The notes under the pieces were generated by a model, which saw only the letters and a program-made list of their open reading frames with translations, did not search any database and was not told where the DNA came from. From a virus: a stretch of 64,000 bases of DNA. A program made the translations under genes and the position numbers. The stretch is taken from the IMG/VR virus record IMGVR_UViG_3300031707_000006, positions 20,499-84,498 of that record; one strand, written 5' to 3'. This document shows, one piece after another, positions 45,115-55,680 of this stretch; the first letter of the stretch is position 1; every line of letters begins with the position of its first letter.

Positions 45115-46307
45115 TAAAGGAAAGGAATATAGGAATGATAGAAGGAAAAATTAAATTAATGTTTTATGGGGACGCCACTGTACCCACAGGTTTTGCAAGA
45201 GTATTGCATACAGTGCAAAAATATTTATCTACAGAAATTTATGATTTTTCATGGTTAGGCATAAACTATACTGGAGATCCACACAGTTACCCAATTAGGA
45301 TTTATCCAGCATTTACTAAGGGGGATATTTGGGGGATCAATAGAATAAAAGAAGTGATAGAATTAGAAGATCCCGATGTTCTCTTCTTATTAAATGATGC
45401 ATGGGTTCTTTCTAATATTCTAAATAATATTAAAGAATTAAAACGAATACCACAAATTGTTGTATATTTCCCAGTTGATTCTATGTATTTTGATAGAAAC
45501 TGGTTTAAAAATTATGGGATTGTTTCTAGAGCATTTACATATACTGAATTTGGAAAAAAAGTTGTAGAAGATAGTGGAGCAAATATAAAAATAGAGGTTA
45601 TGCCTCACGGTGTAGACGCCACAACTTTCTATAAAATAGATAAACCAAAACCAGAAATCAAAAAACTAATTTATCCAGATCAACCAGATTTTACAGATTC
45701 ATTTATTTTCTTAAACGCTAATCGGAATCAACCAAGAAAAAGAATAGACACAACCATAGAAGCCTTTGGGAAATTTGTAAAAGATAAACCAACGAATGTG
45801 AAGTTATATCTTCACATGGGATTGCGCGACAGCGGCTGGGATATTAATAGATTAGCAAAACGACATGGTTTAGAAAAAAGAGTGCTAGTCTCCGGTACAA
45901 CTGCACAAATGCCCATGTTAACAGATGAAAAACTAAATCTAGTTTACAACGCCACTGATTGTGGGGTCAACAGTTCAATCGCGGAAGGTTTTGGACTTTG
46001 TAGTATAGAACATGCAGTAACGGGTGCGCCTCAAATTGTAGGTAATCATTCTGCATGTAAAGAACTATTCTCAGATTGTGGTTTAACAGTGGAACCTAAA
46101 TTATGGTTAACGTCTCCAGGAGAAGGGGTAGTTAGTGGTTTTATAAGTTCTGATGATCTTGCTGATGCAATGGAAAAAGTGTATTCGGATAAGGAATTAT
46201 ATACAGAACTTGCAGAAAAAGCCTATAAAAAATTTACTGCACCAGAATGGCAATGGAAAACAATTGCCGGAAGATTCAATGAGATATTCCTGCAAACAGT
46301 AGCGTAA
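45045..46307 (+). CDS. GT4 (GT-B) glycosyltransferase
   Basis: PTGFARV, MPHGVD, NANRNQPRKRID, YNATD, AEGFGLCSIEH; likely start ATG 45135. Confidence 0.9.
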   Translation: MGSKTKFTRISKKSIRKNRRNGLIKERNIGMIEGKIKLMFYGDATVPTGFARVLHTVQKYLSTEIYDFSWLGINYTGDPHSYPIRIYPAFTKGDIWGINRIKEVIELEDPDVLFLLNDAWVLSNILNNIKELKRIPQIVVYFPVDSMYFDRNWFKNYGIVSRAFTYTEFGKKVVEDSGANIKIEVMPHGVDATTFYKIDKPKPEIKKLIYPDQPDFTDSFIFLNANRNQPRKRIDTTIEAFGKFVKDKPTNVKLYLHMGLRDSGWDINRLAKRHGLEKRVLVSGTTAQMPMLTDEKLNLVYNATDCGVNSSIAEGFGLCSIEHAVTGAPQIVGNHSACKELFSDCGLTVEPKLWLTSPGEGVVSGFISSDDLADAMEKVYSDKELYTELAEKAYKKFTAPEWQWKTIAGRFNEIFLQTVA

Positions 46308-46311
46308 ATAT

Positions 46312-46755
46312 ATGGTAACAATAACATTTCCTGATACAAGAGATACCATAAATTCTATCCGTGATGCTATAGGCCGAGATGTTACTTTTATATCTTCTAC
46401 CGTATCAGGTTGTTCTGTTTGTACTCTTGATCCTTTTACAGATACGGCAACTGACTCATTTTGTCCAACTTGTTCGGGGTTATATTGGATACCTACTTAT
46501 TCTGGCACAGACATCTTAGCACATATAACTTGGGGAAGTGCAGATATAAATAATTGGTATACTGCTGGTTGGCAATTTGATGGTGATGTTAGAATACAAA
46601 TTGAATTAACAGTTGCTAATCTTGCTGCTGTAGATAATTGTGATTGGGTTGAAGTAGATGGGAAAAAGGTAGAAATTAAAAAGAGGATATTGCGAGGAGT
46701 TCCAGGTCTTAATAGAATACTATTAGACTGCATCGAACTAGAACGAGAGGTATAA
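46312..46755 (+). CDS. putative head-closure protein with Zn motif
   Basis: CSVC...CPTCSG; position in neck module. Confidence 0.55.
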   Translation: MVTITFPDTRDTINSIRDAIGRDVTFISSTVSGCSVCTLDPFTDTATDSFCPTCSGLYWIPTYSGTDILAHITWGSADINNWYTAGWQFDGDVRIQIELTVANLAAVDNCDWVEVDGKKVEIKKRILRGVPGLNRILLDCIELEREV

Positions 46756-46756
46756 T

Positions 46757-46999
46757 ATGGGAATAATTACACAGAAGGTAGATCTGTTAAATTTAACAGA
46801 CTTAATTTCACGGAAAAACAAAAAATTACAGGCAGTTGCATTAAGTCAAATAGAAAGTTTATTATTAGATCAACCAGAAATCTTTACACAAATTAGAAAA
46901 GTTTATCTGGATTCAATGAATGATTTTGCAAGACTCATATTAACTGCTTTGTATCAAGATGTAGAAAAACCAGAAATGAGTCGGGTCTATAATGGTTGA
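46757..46999 (+). CDS. hypothetical protein
   Basis: 80-aa ORF with GAGG RBS. Confidence 0.6.
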   Translation: MGIITQKVDLLNLTDLISRKNKKLQAVALSQIESLLLDQPEIFTQIRKVYLDSMNDFARLILTALYQDVEKPEMSRVYNG

Positions 47000-48083
47000 A
47001 ATCAGTGGGTACAATGCTTTTGCACAAGAATCGTCACAAAATGCGATAGAGCGTTTGCGGGGAAGAGTAAATACGGAACGGGGATTAGTGCAAAAGATTG
47101 ATATCGAAACTGAAATAATTGATAAATATATACAAGAACTAACTCAACATAAAACAAGTCAAGATCTTTCACAACGAGCACTTCTAATTGCAATTAGTAA
47201 TATAATGGATCAAGCTAGGATGATTTTATCTAGCGAAGCATTGGAAGCCATAAATCAAACCCAAGAGTTTGATTATCCACCACTAAAAACTGGATTACTA
47301 AGTGCAATAGATAATGAGAATACTTATGAGTATTCACTCAGTACAAGAGGGGAAAACACAACATCAGTTGTGAAAATTAATCTCGATAAAACTGCCGGAA
47401 GATTACAAGATTATGCCAGCGCAGTCAAAAAAGCTAGAACTACTTTATTATCGGGTAGACCCAAATGGCGAAAATTCTTTGCCGGGCCAGCAATGGCATC
47501 TCATTTCTGGAAAGAGAAAATCTATCGCCCTTCTAGAGAGGGCGTTGGTGAGGAGAAATATGCAGATCGGTATCCAGATACGATTGCATTAAGAGTAGGG
47601 TTCTTTAGATCTCCTGCTCCCTGGTGGAGTTTATTAGAATACGGTAACGCACCAGGTAAGATGTCAAGTGATCGTGTGGGGGGCACACCATATCCTTCGT
47701 TTGGCCCAACAGGGTTTGTTAAAAAAGCAGAAGGAAGAATAAACAGATTGATCCGAGGCGAGTTCAACTCTGCAAAAGTAGAGTTACAAACCAAAGTACA
47801 AAAGATCATTGATAAACTATATAATAAAAAAATAAAAATGCTGGAATATGCAAGTAGTTTATCTAGTTCATTACAGACTGATACATTTCAAACAAAAGTC
47901 ATTGCCATAGAAAACTTACTTAAAGGCCAAGTGGCAGGATATGACTATGATCCTGTGAAATTAAAAATACTTGCAGGAAAAATCGCCACTGGGGAGATTA
48001 TACAGGGAAGATATAGAATTGGTGGTGGTACGAGGATAAGGATCAAAATGATTAGTAAACAAATAAGAACTCTTTATGAATAG
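46992..48083 (+). CDS. putative neck/tail completion protein
   Basis: APWWSLLEYG...PTGFV segment resembles HK97 gp10-like motif; position. Confidence 0.5.
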   Translation: MVEISGYNAFAQESSQNAIERLRGRVNTERGLVQKIDIETEIIDKYIQELTQHKTSQDLSQRALLIAISNIMDQARMILSSEALEAINQTQEFDYPPLKTGLLSAIDNENTYEYSLSTRGENTTSVVKINLDKTAGRLQDYASAVKKARTTLLSGRPKWRKFFAGPAMASHFWKEKIYRPSREGVGEEKYADRYPDTIALRVGFFRSPAPWWSLLEYGNAPGKMSSDRVGGTPYPSFGPTGFVKKAEGRINRLIRGEFNSAKVELQTKVQKIIDKLYNKKIKMLEYASSLSSSLQTDTFQTKVIAIENLLKGQVAGYDYDPVKLKILAGKIATGEIIQGRYRIGGGTRIRIKMISKQIRTLYE

Positions 48084-48146
48084 GAGAATTTAAGAATATG
48101 GCAGATAGAGATTGTGTAAATAATTTCTACGGGGGAGGATACTAAA

Positions 48147-48596
48147 ATCTATACTGAAAGATTAGAAGATCTATCCTTCTTATACTTTATACAAAATCAA
48201 TTCTTAGATTTTCCAGGTGTAGCTGTTGTAAATGCATTCCCTAAAGTAGATTTAACTACGCCAACCATCTCAGTTGTCGCAAAATCTATCGAACTCTTTC
48301 CTGGGGAACTTGGAAATGCAAAGCAGATGGCTATAAGGACTTGGGATATAGACGTTTTTGCAGAAACCATCACACAAAGAGATGAATTTGCATACCGAAT
48401 TATCAATGCTTTACAATATCCCGTTTCTGTTCTGGATTTTAATATGGGGTTTCCACCAACTGTAACTCCAAGTCAGTTATATTGTTTGAAACCACAAGCT
48501 ATCCGTATGGATAATATAGATGTAGATGCAGAACTTGTAAGTAAATTCTATTATAGAAACTGGGTAAATTATACAGCATATCGAGATAAGTTATAA
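48147..48596 (+). CDS. putative tail terminator (start extended to ATC 48147)
   Basis: Frame open from 48120; PTISV, ELG and WDIDVFAETITQRDE; directly upstream of tail tube gene. Confidence 0.6.
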   Translation: MYTERLEDLSFLYFIQNQFLDFPGVAVVNAFPKVDLTTPTISVVAKSIELFPGELGNAKQMAIRTWDIDVFAETITQRDEFAYRIINALQYPVSVLDFNMGFPPTVTPSQLYCLKPQAIRMDNIDVDAELVSKFYYRNWVNYTAYRDKL

Positions 48597-48610
48597 TTGG
48601 AGGCAAATAA

Positions 48611-49813
48611 ATGGCAAGAAGATTAGCAATACCTTCCGAGGACGTACAACTTACAATAGTTGGCCCTACAAACTTCTTCAAAGCCTCAAGAGTTCAAAGA
48701 GTTACGTTCAATGCGGACGTACCTACTACTGATGTATACGAATTAGGTAATAGTTCTCTGGCGGGTACTGTACAGGATGTTCCTAATGTTACTGCTACTT
48801 TTAGTGCATTTGATGTTGGGATTAAAGTGTTTGGTACATTAGCTGGAAAAGATATTACTGCGTTCCCTGCTGCTGGTGCAAGTATTTCAGATCTTGGTGA
48901 AGCCGGTATCGTTGTAGACATACAAGATGCAGTCCTAGATGATTTTGCAAAGGCTGCACACGGTAAAAGATTACAAGTAAGAGACTTCTCATTCAGTTAC
49001 TCAGTAGATGGTGAATCAACAGAAGATTATACTCTGATTGGTTCTAAGAAAAGATGGTTTAAAAATGATGTTCTTGTACAAAGATTTACAGGAGCTGGCC
49101 CATACATCTTAACTTATACACCATTGGTATTAAGGAATGGTGATTACGCTCTCTCTGTGGTTCTTGATGGAGTATATCTTGAAGAACATGCTACTCCCGG
49201 AACAGGACAATATAGTATAAATGCTGGTACTAAAACAGTAACTCTAGGTGACGCATTAAGTGCCCAGATGTTAGTTGTATATGCTACTAATCCTGGTGGA
49301 AGTCCCTGGACAGATGTAAATGATACAACTGTACCCGCAGCAATCAGAGGTAGAGATGTTGTAGTTTCGATCTCTGCTAATGAAATCCCAAGAGTACAAA
49401 ATGTAACCATCAATGGTAACTTGAATGTACAACCAGTAAAAGAAATGGGGGAAAGAGAAATTACTGGTTATCAGGCACAAGTTCCCACTGTTGAGGGTAC
49501 AATTACTGTACTCGATACTGATACCGAATTAATATCTCTATTAACTACTGGCACTATTTCCGGTGCTGGTGTATATGAGTACGAAATCGGTGAACAATGC
49601 CCAACCTCAGGTGTAAGCCTAAAGGTGGAATTACTCGATCCTTGTGATACTACTTCCCCATATGAGATCTTAAAGACTGTATATGTGGATGAGATCATTC
49701 CTACAGGTGAATCATGGACAAGCAATATTAATAATAATGCGAGTCAGACCTTTAACTGGAGAGCAATTCATGCTCACTTAGTTGTGTATGCCGGTAGTGG
49801 CACTTCACACTAA
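48611..49813 (+). CDS. major tail (tube) protein
   Basis: 400 aa beta-rich, GGAGG RBS, followed by terminator, chaperones and tape measure. Confidence 0.7.
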   Translation: MARRLAIPSEDVQLTIVGPTNFFKASRVQRVTFNADVPTTDVYELGNSSLAGTVQDVPNVTATFSAFDVGIKVFGTLAGKDITAFPAAGASISDLGEAGIVVDIQDAVLDDFAKAAHGKRLQVRDFSFSYSVDGESTEDYTLIGSKKRWFKNDVLVQRFTGAGPYILTYTPLVLRNGDYALSVVLDGVYLEEHATPGTGQYSINAGTKTVTLGDALSAQMLVVYATNPGGSPWTDVNDTTVPAAIRGRDVVVSISANEIPRVQNVTINGNLNVQPVKEMGEREITGYQAQVPTVEGTITVLDTDTELISLLTTGTISGAGVYEYEIGEQCPTSGVSLKVELLDPCDTTSPYEILKTVYVDEIIPTGESWTSNINNNASQTFNWRAIHAHLVVYAGSGTSH

Positions 49814-49851
49814 ATAATTAAATAAGAAAGAGCCATAAGTAAAGGATTAGT

Positions 49852-49895
49852 AAAGGGGCAGCAGAGTAAGTATCTTTTGCTGTCCCTATTTTTTT
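49852..49895 (+). terminator. intrinsic terminator
   Basis: AGGGGCAGCAGAG...CTTTTGCTGTCCCT followed by a T-run. Confidence 0.75.
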
Positions 49896-49917
49896 AAGTA
49901 GGTTAGGAGAAGAAAAA

Positions 49918-50640
49918 ATGAATAAGGTAAATCCAATAGAGAGAAATGATGTGGACGTTGCAAAACTTTTTAGATGGAAAAAGGAAGTTACAATTCTGGA
50001 TGAGGACGAAGAACCAATATTAACTGCTTATATTAGATTGGTTGGAGATGCAGATCTAAATAGAGCAAGAGTTTTTGCTATACGCAGTTCAAAAGATTAT
50101 AGAAGAATTCTAAAAGATTTAGATTCAGATGAACGTATTGCATTAATTCCAGAGAAGGATGAATTAACTAAAGATGCGACTATAGATTCTATTGTAATCT
50201 ATTCTATGAGAGACTTTGCTTTAGATGCAAATGATCAAGTTAAAATAAAAGAACCAAAAGAACTTACAAGTATTGCAACTCTCGAAGATCAAGAAGAATT
50301 CCAGGAAGATGTGGATCAATATCCTGAGAATAAAAAAGAAGCCATAGAAAAATACGTAGAAGAAAAAATAGAGGAAAAGAGAAAAGAACTCTCTAAAAGA
50401 GAATTTGATGATATGTATCCTGAGTTAGTAACTAAAATTATTGACCAATATTGTGAAAATAAAATGTTTGAATCATTTAGAGAATACTCGGTATACTTGG
50501 GTGCATATACAGATAAGAAATACACAACTAAATTCTTCAAAAACTTTGAGGAATTTGCAAATCTTCCTACAATCATTAAAGATCAATTTGAATTGGCTTA
50601 TAGTAATTTGGAACTAGGAATAGATGAACTAAAAAACTAG
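49918..50640 (+). CDS. tail assembly chaperone (G-like)
   Basis: Acidic helical ORF between tail tube and tape measure, ending at slippery A-AAA-AAC. Confidence 0.8.
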   Translation: MNKVNPIERNDVDVAKLFRWKKEVTILDEDEEPILTAYIRLVGDADLNRARVFAIRSSKDYRRILKDLDSDERIALIPEKDELTKDATIDSIVIYSMRDFALDANDQVKIKEPKELTSIATLEDQEEFQEDVDQYPENKKEAIEKYVEEKIEEKRKELSKREFDDMYPELVTKIIDQYCENKMFESFREYSVYLGAYTDKKYTTKFFKNFEEFANLPTIIKDQFELAYSNLELGIDELKN

Positions 50641-50933
50641 CAAGGAGCAATGCTTTTTCAGCACTTTGGGCAGTTAGTCGGGCATTGCAAATCCCTATAG
50701 ATAAAGAAGTTAATCAACTTATTGAACTGCCTTTTACCATCTCTTATGTAATTAGAAAAAGAGCACAGGTGGATAGTTTAATGGAATTGCCCCGTGAACA
50801 ACGCCCAACTGATGAGTTACTTTGGAATGGATCAGCAGACGAAATTGATGCGTGGTTAGATAAGGTGATGCGTGGTAAAAATCCGGGGAAACAAGAATCG
50901 ACATTTATAATTTCAGAAAAAGATATTGAGTAA
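50631..50933 (+). CDS. -1 frameshift extension of tail assembly chaperone (GT-like)
   Basis: -1 frame reads KLARSNAFSALWAVSRALQIPID... without a stop into ORF 50685-50933. Confidence 0.8.
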   Translation, partial: KKLARSNAFSALWAVSRALQIPIDKEVNQLIELPFTISYVIRKRAQVDSLMELPREQRPTDELLWNGSADEIDAWLDKVMRGKNPGKQESTFIISEKDIE

Positions 50934-50935
50934 AT

Positions 50936-53900
50936 ATGACAGATGCATTAGATATCCTAAGACAAAAATTAATAGATATTTCCGCACAACTTTCTATAGT
51001 TAATACGAAACTTGGTAATGTAACCCAAGCGAGTATTGCATTTAATCCTGCAATCGGAAGTACGGGTCGTTGGCAAGGTGCAGGAGGAAGAACTATTTCT
51101 GGTGCAGAAATAAACCCCATTAATACTCTTGCTCAAAAAGCTGTATCCCAGGGACTGATGCAGGCCACAGTCCAGATTAGAGAAATGGGGAAACAAGCAG
51201 GGCTTTCTGGTAAAGAAGTTAATGAATTTGTTGGGAGATTAAAAACATTTTCTTCGGCGGACTTGTCTATTGGGACAAGAGATTGGATTAAGGATCTTCA
51301 ACAACTTAATATTGTTCTTAGTTCTACACAAGCAGAACTTCAAGAACTGATTGCACTAAGACAACAACTTAAAGCACCAACTAAAGGAACTCTTCCTACA
51401 ACTGAACCTGCACAACTTCTTGGTACTCCTATTTCAATTCAAGAAATAGATAAAATGCAGGCTCAACTTGAAAAAAGTTTAGGCCCCCAAGAAAAACTCA
51501 AAAAAAATGAGTTAGATTCACAACAACTGGCTAAAGCTAGAACTTTAGATCGCTATAAACAGGCATTTGCAATGTTGGATAAACAAGCTATATCTGTAGG
51601 ATTAGATCCATCTCAAATGAGGATACAAGCTGTTAGCCAATTAGTTACTGGTTATACAACATTTAATGCTACTTTGGGGGAAGTAAATGGGATTGCTCAA
51701 AAGGCGACAGTTACCATAGATCGTTTAGGGAATGCTACTGGAGATTCTCAGAGAAGATTTAGATCTTTTGGTGATGCAGTTAAAAGAGATATGGTTGAAT
51801 TCCTCAAATGGAGTATTGCTGCTGCTGCTATCTATGGTACTTTCCAAAAATTATCTCAATTAGTTGGGGTAATGATTAAGAACCAATCTGAGTTAGCAGA
51901 TATTACTATTGTGCTTGGTAAAGCACAATCAGATACTAATAAAATATTTGCTGATGCTGCGGATATTGCTAATATAACTGGTTCTTCTATTAATGGTGTT
52001 TTAGATGGATATAATCTAGCTTATAGGGCTACAGGGAATTTAGGCACTGCTTCAGAAAAAGCCGCCGTTGCAAATAAATTAATGGCGGACTCTTTAATTC
52101 TATCCAGCCTTTCTGGTATGTCTCAAGCAGAGGCATTAGATGCTTTAGTTGCCTCATTAAAACAAACAGGTTCATCTTTAACAGATGGTACTGCCTTAAT
52201 GGACAAATGGGTAAAAACCACCAGAGTAGCCAATGTTGATTTACAAACGTTAGCTACTGGTTTTGCTATAGTGGGGGATACCGCCGAAGCTGCTGGATTA
52301 AAAGTAGATGAATTAAATGGCCTATTAGCGGCAATTGCTGAAACAGGTATTGCCTCAGGTAAAGAAGTTGCTAATGCAGCCAGAGCGGTTATTTCTGGTT
52401 TTGAAACGGAAACAGCAAAAAAAGCATTAAGTACTTTAGGTATTGCTCTTGAAGATGCTTCTGGGCAAGCTAGAGCCTTTACCAGTATTATGGAAGAACT
52501 TCATGATCTCAGAATAACTGGTATTATTTCTGATCAAGAATTCTCTAAATTAACTTTAGCTTTAGGTGGTGGTTATCGTAGACAGGCTGTTTATTCTACC
52601 TTAATTGAAAACTATAATAGAGTTGGGGAAGTTGCTAAACAATCTGCAAGTGCTTCTGGAGAAGCTGCTGAGGCGTTATCTATTAAACTAAATACAGTAG
52701 AAAAATCTGTTGTAAAATTAGGAAATGCTTTTCAAGTCTTAGCACAAGGTTTAGGGTCTGAAAATGGCGCATTAGCTATGATTAACCTTTTAGTTAAAGC
52801 ATTAACTGGCTTAGTAAAAGTTTCTGGAGAATTTGGGAAATTAGCTGGGGGTACATTAATCCCCGCCCTGGCTACTTTAGGAACAATGTGGGCAATAAGT
52901 GGTAAAAATACAAAAATAGGCCAAATGGGACAAAGTTTTGCTAATCCATTTATTAGCGCTACTGGTGCAATAATCCCTAGTTGGAAACAAATGCCCGGAA
53001 CTTATGGAGAAAAAACTGGACAATTCCTACCTTCAGGCCCATCCAGAGCACAAACTGTTGGCACAAATATGGCAGCACTCACTGGTGGAGTATTATTGGC
53101 AGGTCTTTTACCAACTGTTATGAATACTTTAAATACAGGAAAAGTAGACCTTACAAAAGCTGGTGCTACCTTAGCGGGAGCTACTGCGGGAGGATTGGTT
53201 GGTTTATTAATTGGCCCTGAAGGTGCATTAGTGGGGAGTACAATTGGATCAATGGTTGGAGAAAGTTTTGTATCCTTCTTAGAAGCTAATAAATTGCAAG
53301 TTGCAAATGTATTTAAACAGGTTATCACTACACCAAAAACAGAAGGAGAAATTACTGTTGACCAGGCAAGAGTAAATACTGAAGTGGCATTGAAAATGTC
53401 ATTAGATGGATTAAGAATAGAACTCGGATCGTGGGCGGGTTTAAAAGGAAATGTACAACCTAGAGAAGAAAAGGATAGACTAGCAAAAATGCTGTTTGGC
53501 GAAAAATTCCAAACGGGGGCATATACAAATGAACAAAGTCAGATCATTAAATATGCTGGTTTATTAGAAAAAGGAGGTAGAAAAGATGAGTTAGCAAAAC
53601 TCATAGAGTTGTTACAATCTGCTGGTGGTGTTATGGGCTTGGGGGGCACTGAAGTAATAACTACTGCACAAAAAGAATTTCAAGAGAAATATGCACAATA
53701 CATTAAAGATGTGATTTCTAAAACAAATGTGGAAGTAACTAAAAATTTAGCTACGGGGGATATAACAAAAGCTGCTGCAAATGCTGCTACTTTAGCAATG
53801 TCGGGGTTTAATACTAAATTCGCATTATGGGGTACTACTCTTCGAGATTCATTTTTAAATATGGCAGATCAACAATTCACAGAAATGATTGCGAATATTG

Positions 53901-55288
53901 TTGCTTATTCCCCTACGGATGTACAAGAACAAATTAGTGCCTTTGTAAAAAGTGCTGAAACTGCTAAAGCCTGGGCTATTTTCCTTGATAGTATGGGTAA
54001 GAGTGCTGCTGCTGCAATGGCAAATCAAATTGCTGCAACACAAGTCCAATACGCAGGCCAATTAACTGCATTTGCAAATAAACAAATACTAACTGGAATT
54101 CCTGCTATGCAACAGTTAGATTTAAGTAAATTCGCTACTAAAGATATAGATAAAATCATACAAGGAATAATGCAGAACTATAAGGGGAAACTTACTACTG
54201 AAGCCGCATATGCTCCACAAGATAAATACACAATGGAACGTGTAGAAGCTCTTATGGCAGATTTGCAACCTTTTATGATGCTCACTGAATCAGGATTTAT
54301 AATTAGAGAACTTCCAGCATCTATTACATCCTCATGGGGAGATCTTCTAGAGGAAACTAAGAAACAAACAGGAATTATGGAACTAGGTTTAGGATACCAA
54401 TTGGGGGGAATGACTGCTGCACAATTTGCTTCCATTCAGGGGCAATATGCGGCGATTAGGGGTCAAATATTAGCTAGAGGAGGTACTTCGGAAGAAACCC
54501 CACAATTGGTTATGACAGACGATGGGCAATGGATTTCAGAAAGAAAGGATTGGAAAATTATTCAATATCTCTTAGGTCAAATTGCCGATAATACTAAGAA
54601 ACAACTGGAAGGTATTTATAATATGCCCGAAGGCGCTAACTTTTGGTTCCCATCTTCAGCACTTGCTTCTATTCAAAATGCTGCTGGTGGGGGTGGAATT
54701 ACATTAGATAATCTTCCGGGAGCAATTTCAGCAGGTATTAAAATGGCTGGTACTACTGGCCCCGGTATGGGTATGACAATAAATCCAAATGTCACTAACC
54801 CTATTACGAGTACATGGAATCCTCTTATACCTATGGGGCCATTCCAAAATCCAATCCCTCTAGGGGCAACTAACCAAACTTCTACACCGGGAAGTTGGTT
54901 AGATCAATTATTGAAGCCGGTTGGACCTCCTGCCCCTGAAACAACTTCTAACGAAATGTTTAGTAAAATATTGGACATGTTAACTACATTAAATTCAACC
55001 CTGTTTAAACCATCCTTTACTCCTCCTCCATCTGGTGTAGGTGGTACTCCATTTATGGGCGATCAAGAAAGTTTTGCAAATGCAATTAGTGAGGGGATTG
55101 GTGGAGTTCTTGGTTTAGGGAAAGAAGTTAAATTACCCACTTTAAATACGAAAATAGAACTTATGAGCACAATTCAATTGATTGCCGATGGGAGAACCTT
55201 AGCAAGTGTGGTCGCTCCCTGGTTAGGTGAATTTTTATCTAACTTTAATGGCTCTACTACCTCACAAACTCTTTCGGCTGTAATATAG
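50936..55288 (+). CDS. tail tape measure protein
   Basis: 1450 aa Ala/Gly-rich helical protein with TP901-like core (LMDKWV..., AEAAGL..., SGKEVANA). Confidence 0.9.
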   Translation: MTDALDILRQKLIDISAQLSIVNTKLGNVTQASIAFNPAIGSTGRWQGAGGRTISGAEINPINTLAQKAVSQGLMQATVQIREMGKQAGLSGKEVNEFVGRLKTFSSADLSIGTRDWIKDLQQLNIVLSSTQAELQELIALRQQLKAPTKGTLPTTEPAQLLGTPISIQEIDKMQAQLEKSLGPQEKLKKNELDSQQLAKARTLDRYKQAFAMLDKQAISVGLDPSQMRIQAVSQLVTGYTTFNATLGEVNGIAQKATVTIDRLGNATGDSQRRFRSFGDAVKRDMVEFLKWSIAAAAIYGTFQKLSQLVGVMIKNQSELADITIVLGKAQSDTNKIFADAADIANITGSSINGVLDGYNLAYRATGNLGTASEKAAVANKLMADSLILSSLSGMSQAEALDALVASLKQTGSSLTDGTALMDKWVKTTRVANVDLQTLATGFAIVGDTAEAAGLKVDELNGLLAAIAETGIASGKEVANAARAVISGFETETAKKALSTLGIALEDASGQARAFTSIMEELHDLRITGIISDQEFSKLTLALGGGYRRQAVYSTLIENYNRVGEVAKQSASASGEAAEALSIKLNTVEKSVVKLGNAFQVLAQGLGSENGALAMINLLVKALTGLVKVSGEFGKLAGGTLIPALATLGTMWAISGKNTKIGQMGQSFANPFISATGAIIPSWKQMPGTYGEKTGQFLPSGPSRAQTVGTNMAALTGGVLLAGLLPTVMNTLNTGKVDLTKAGATLAGATAGGLVGLLIGPEGALVGSTIGSMVGESFVSFLEANKLQVANVFKQVITTPKTEGEITVDQARVNTEVALKMSLDGLRIELGSWAGLKGNVQPREEKDRLAKMLFGEKFQTGAYTNEQSQIIKYAGLLEKGGRKDELAKLIELLQSAGGVMGLGGTEVITTAQKEFQEKYAQYIKDVISKTNVEVTKNLATGDITKAAANAATLAMSGFNTKFALWGTTLRDSFLNMADQQFTEMIANIVAYSPTDVQEQISAFVKSAETAKAWAIFLDSMGKSAAAAMANQIAATQVQYAGQLTAFANKQILTGIPAMQQLDLSKFATKDIDKIIQGIMQNYKGKLTTEAAYAPQDKYTMERVEALMADLQPFMMLTESGFIIRELPASITSSWGDLLEETKKQTGIMELGLGYQLGGMTAAQFASIQGQYAAIRGQILARGGTSEETPQLVMTDDGQWISERKDWKIIQYLLGQIADNTKKQLEGIYNMPEGANFWFPSSALASIQNAAGGGGITLDNLPGAISAGIKMAGTTGPGMGMTINPNVTNPITSTWNPLIPMGPFQNPIPLGATNQTSTPGSWLDQLLKPVGPPAPETTSNEMFSKILDMLTTLNSTLFKPSFTPPPSGVGGTPFMGDQESFANAISEGIGGVLGLGKEVKLPTLNTKIELMSTIQLIADGRTLASVVAPWLGEFLSNFNGSTTSQTLSAVI

Positions 55289-55300
55289 GAGAATGATAAT

Positions 55301-55672
55301 ATGGCATGGACGCTTGGAGGCACTCCTCTCTTTGTAACTAAATTAGGTAATCTTGCTACACAAGCAATTGCAAGATTACAACCATTAGCTTCTGGTACAT
55401 TATATCATTCCTTTGGTTATGAATTTTTAATCAAGAAACTTACTGCTTATGTAGTAGGTACTGATGATGAATTAGCATTAATTGATTGTACTAGAACTGG
55501 TAACGCTTACACATTATTGGGCCCGACTGGTTGGACTTGGGGGGATTATTATGTAAAATCGGCGAGTTTTGATATGCAAAATTCAATTTCACAAACTTTA
55601 ATAATAGATGCAGATCATGACTGTTTAGATCCAGTATTCGTTTGTGATTTGGAACTTTTCAAGCAGGAATAG
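55301..55672 (+). CDS. distal tail-like protein
   Basis: Follows tape measure; beta-rich 123 aa. Confidence 0.55.
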   Translation: MAWTLGGTPLFVTKLGNLATQAIARLQPLASGTLYHSFGYEFLIKKLTAYVVGTDDELALIDCTRTGNAYTLLGPTGWTWGDYYVKSASFDMQNSISQTLIIDADHDCLDPVFVCDLELFKQE

Positions 55673-55680
55673 GAAGAATA

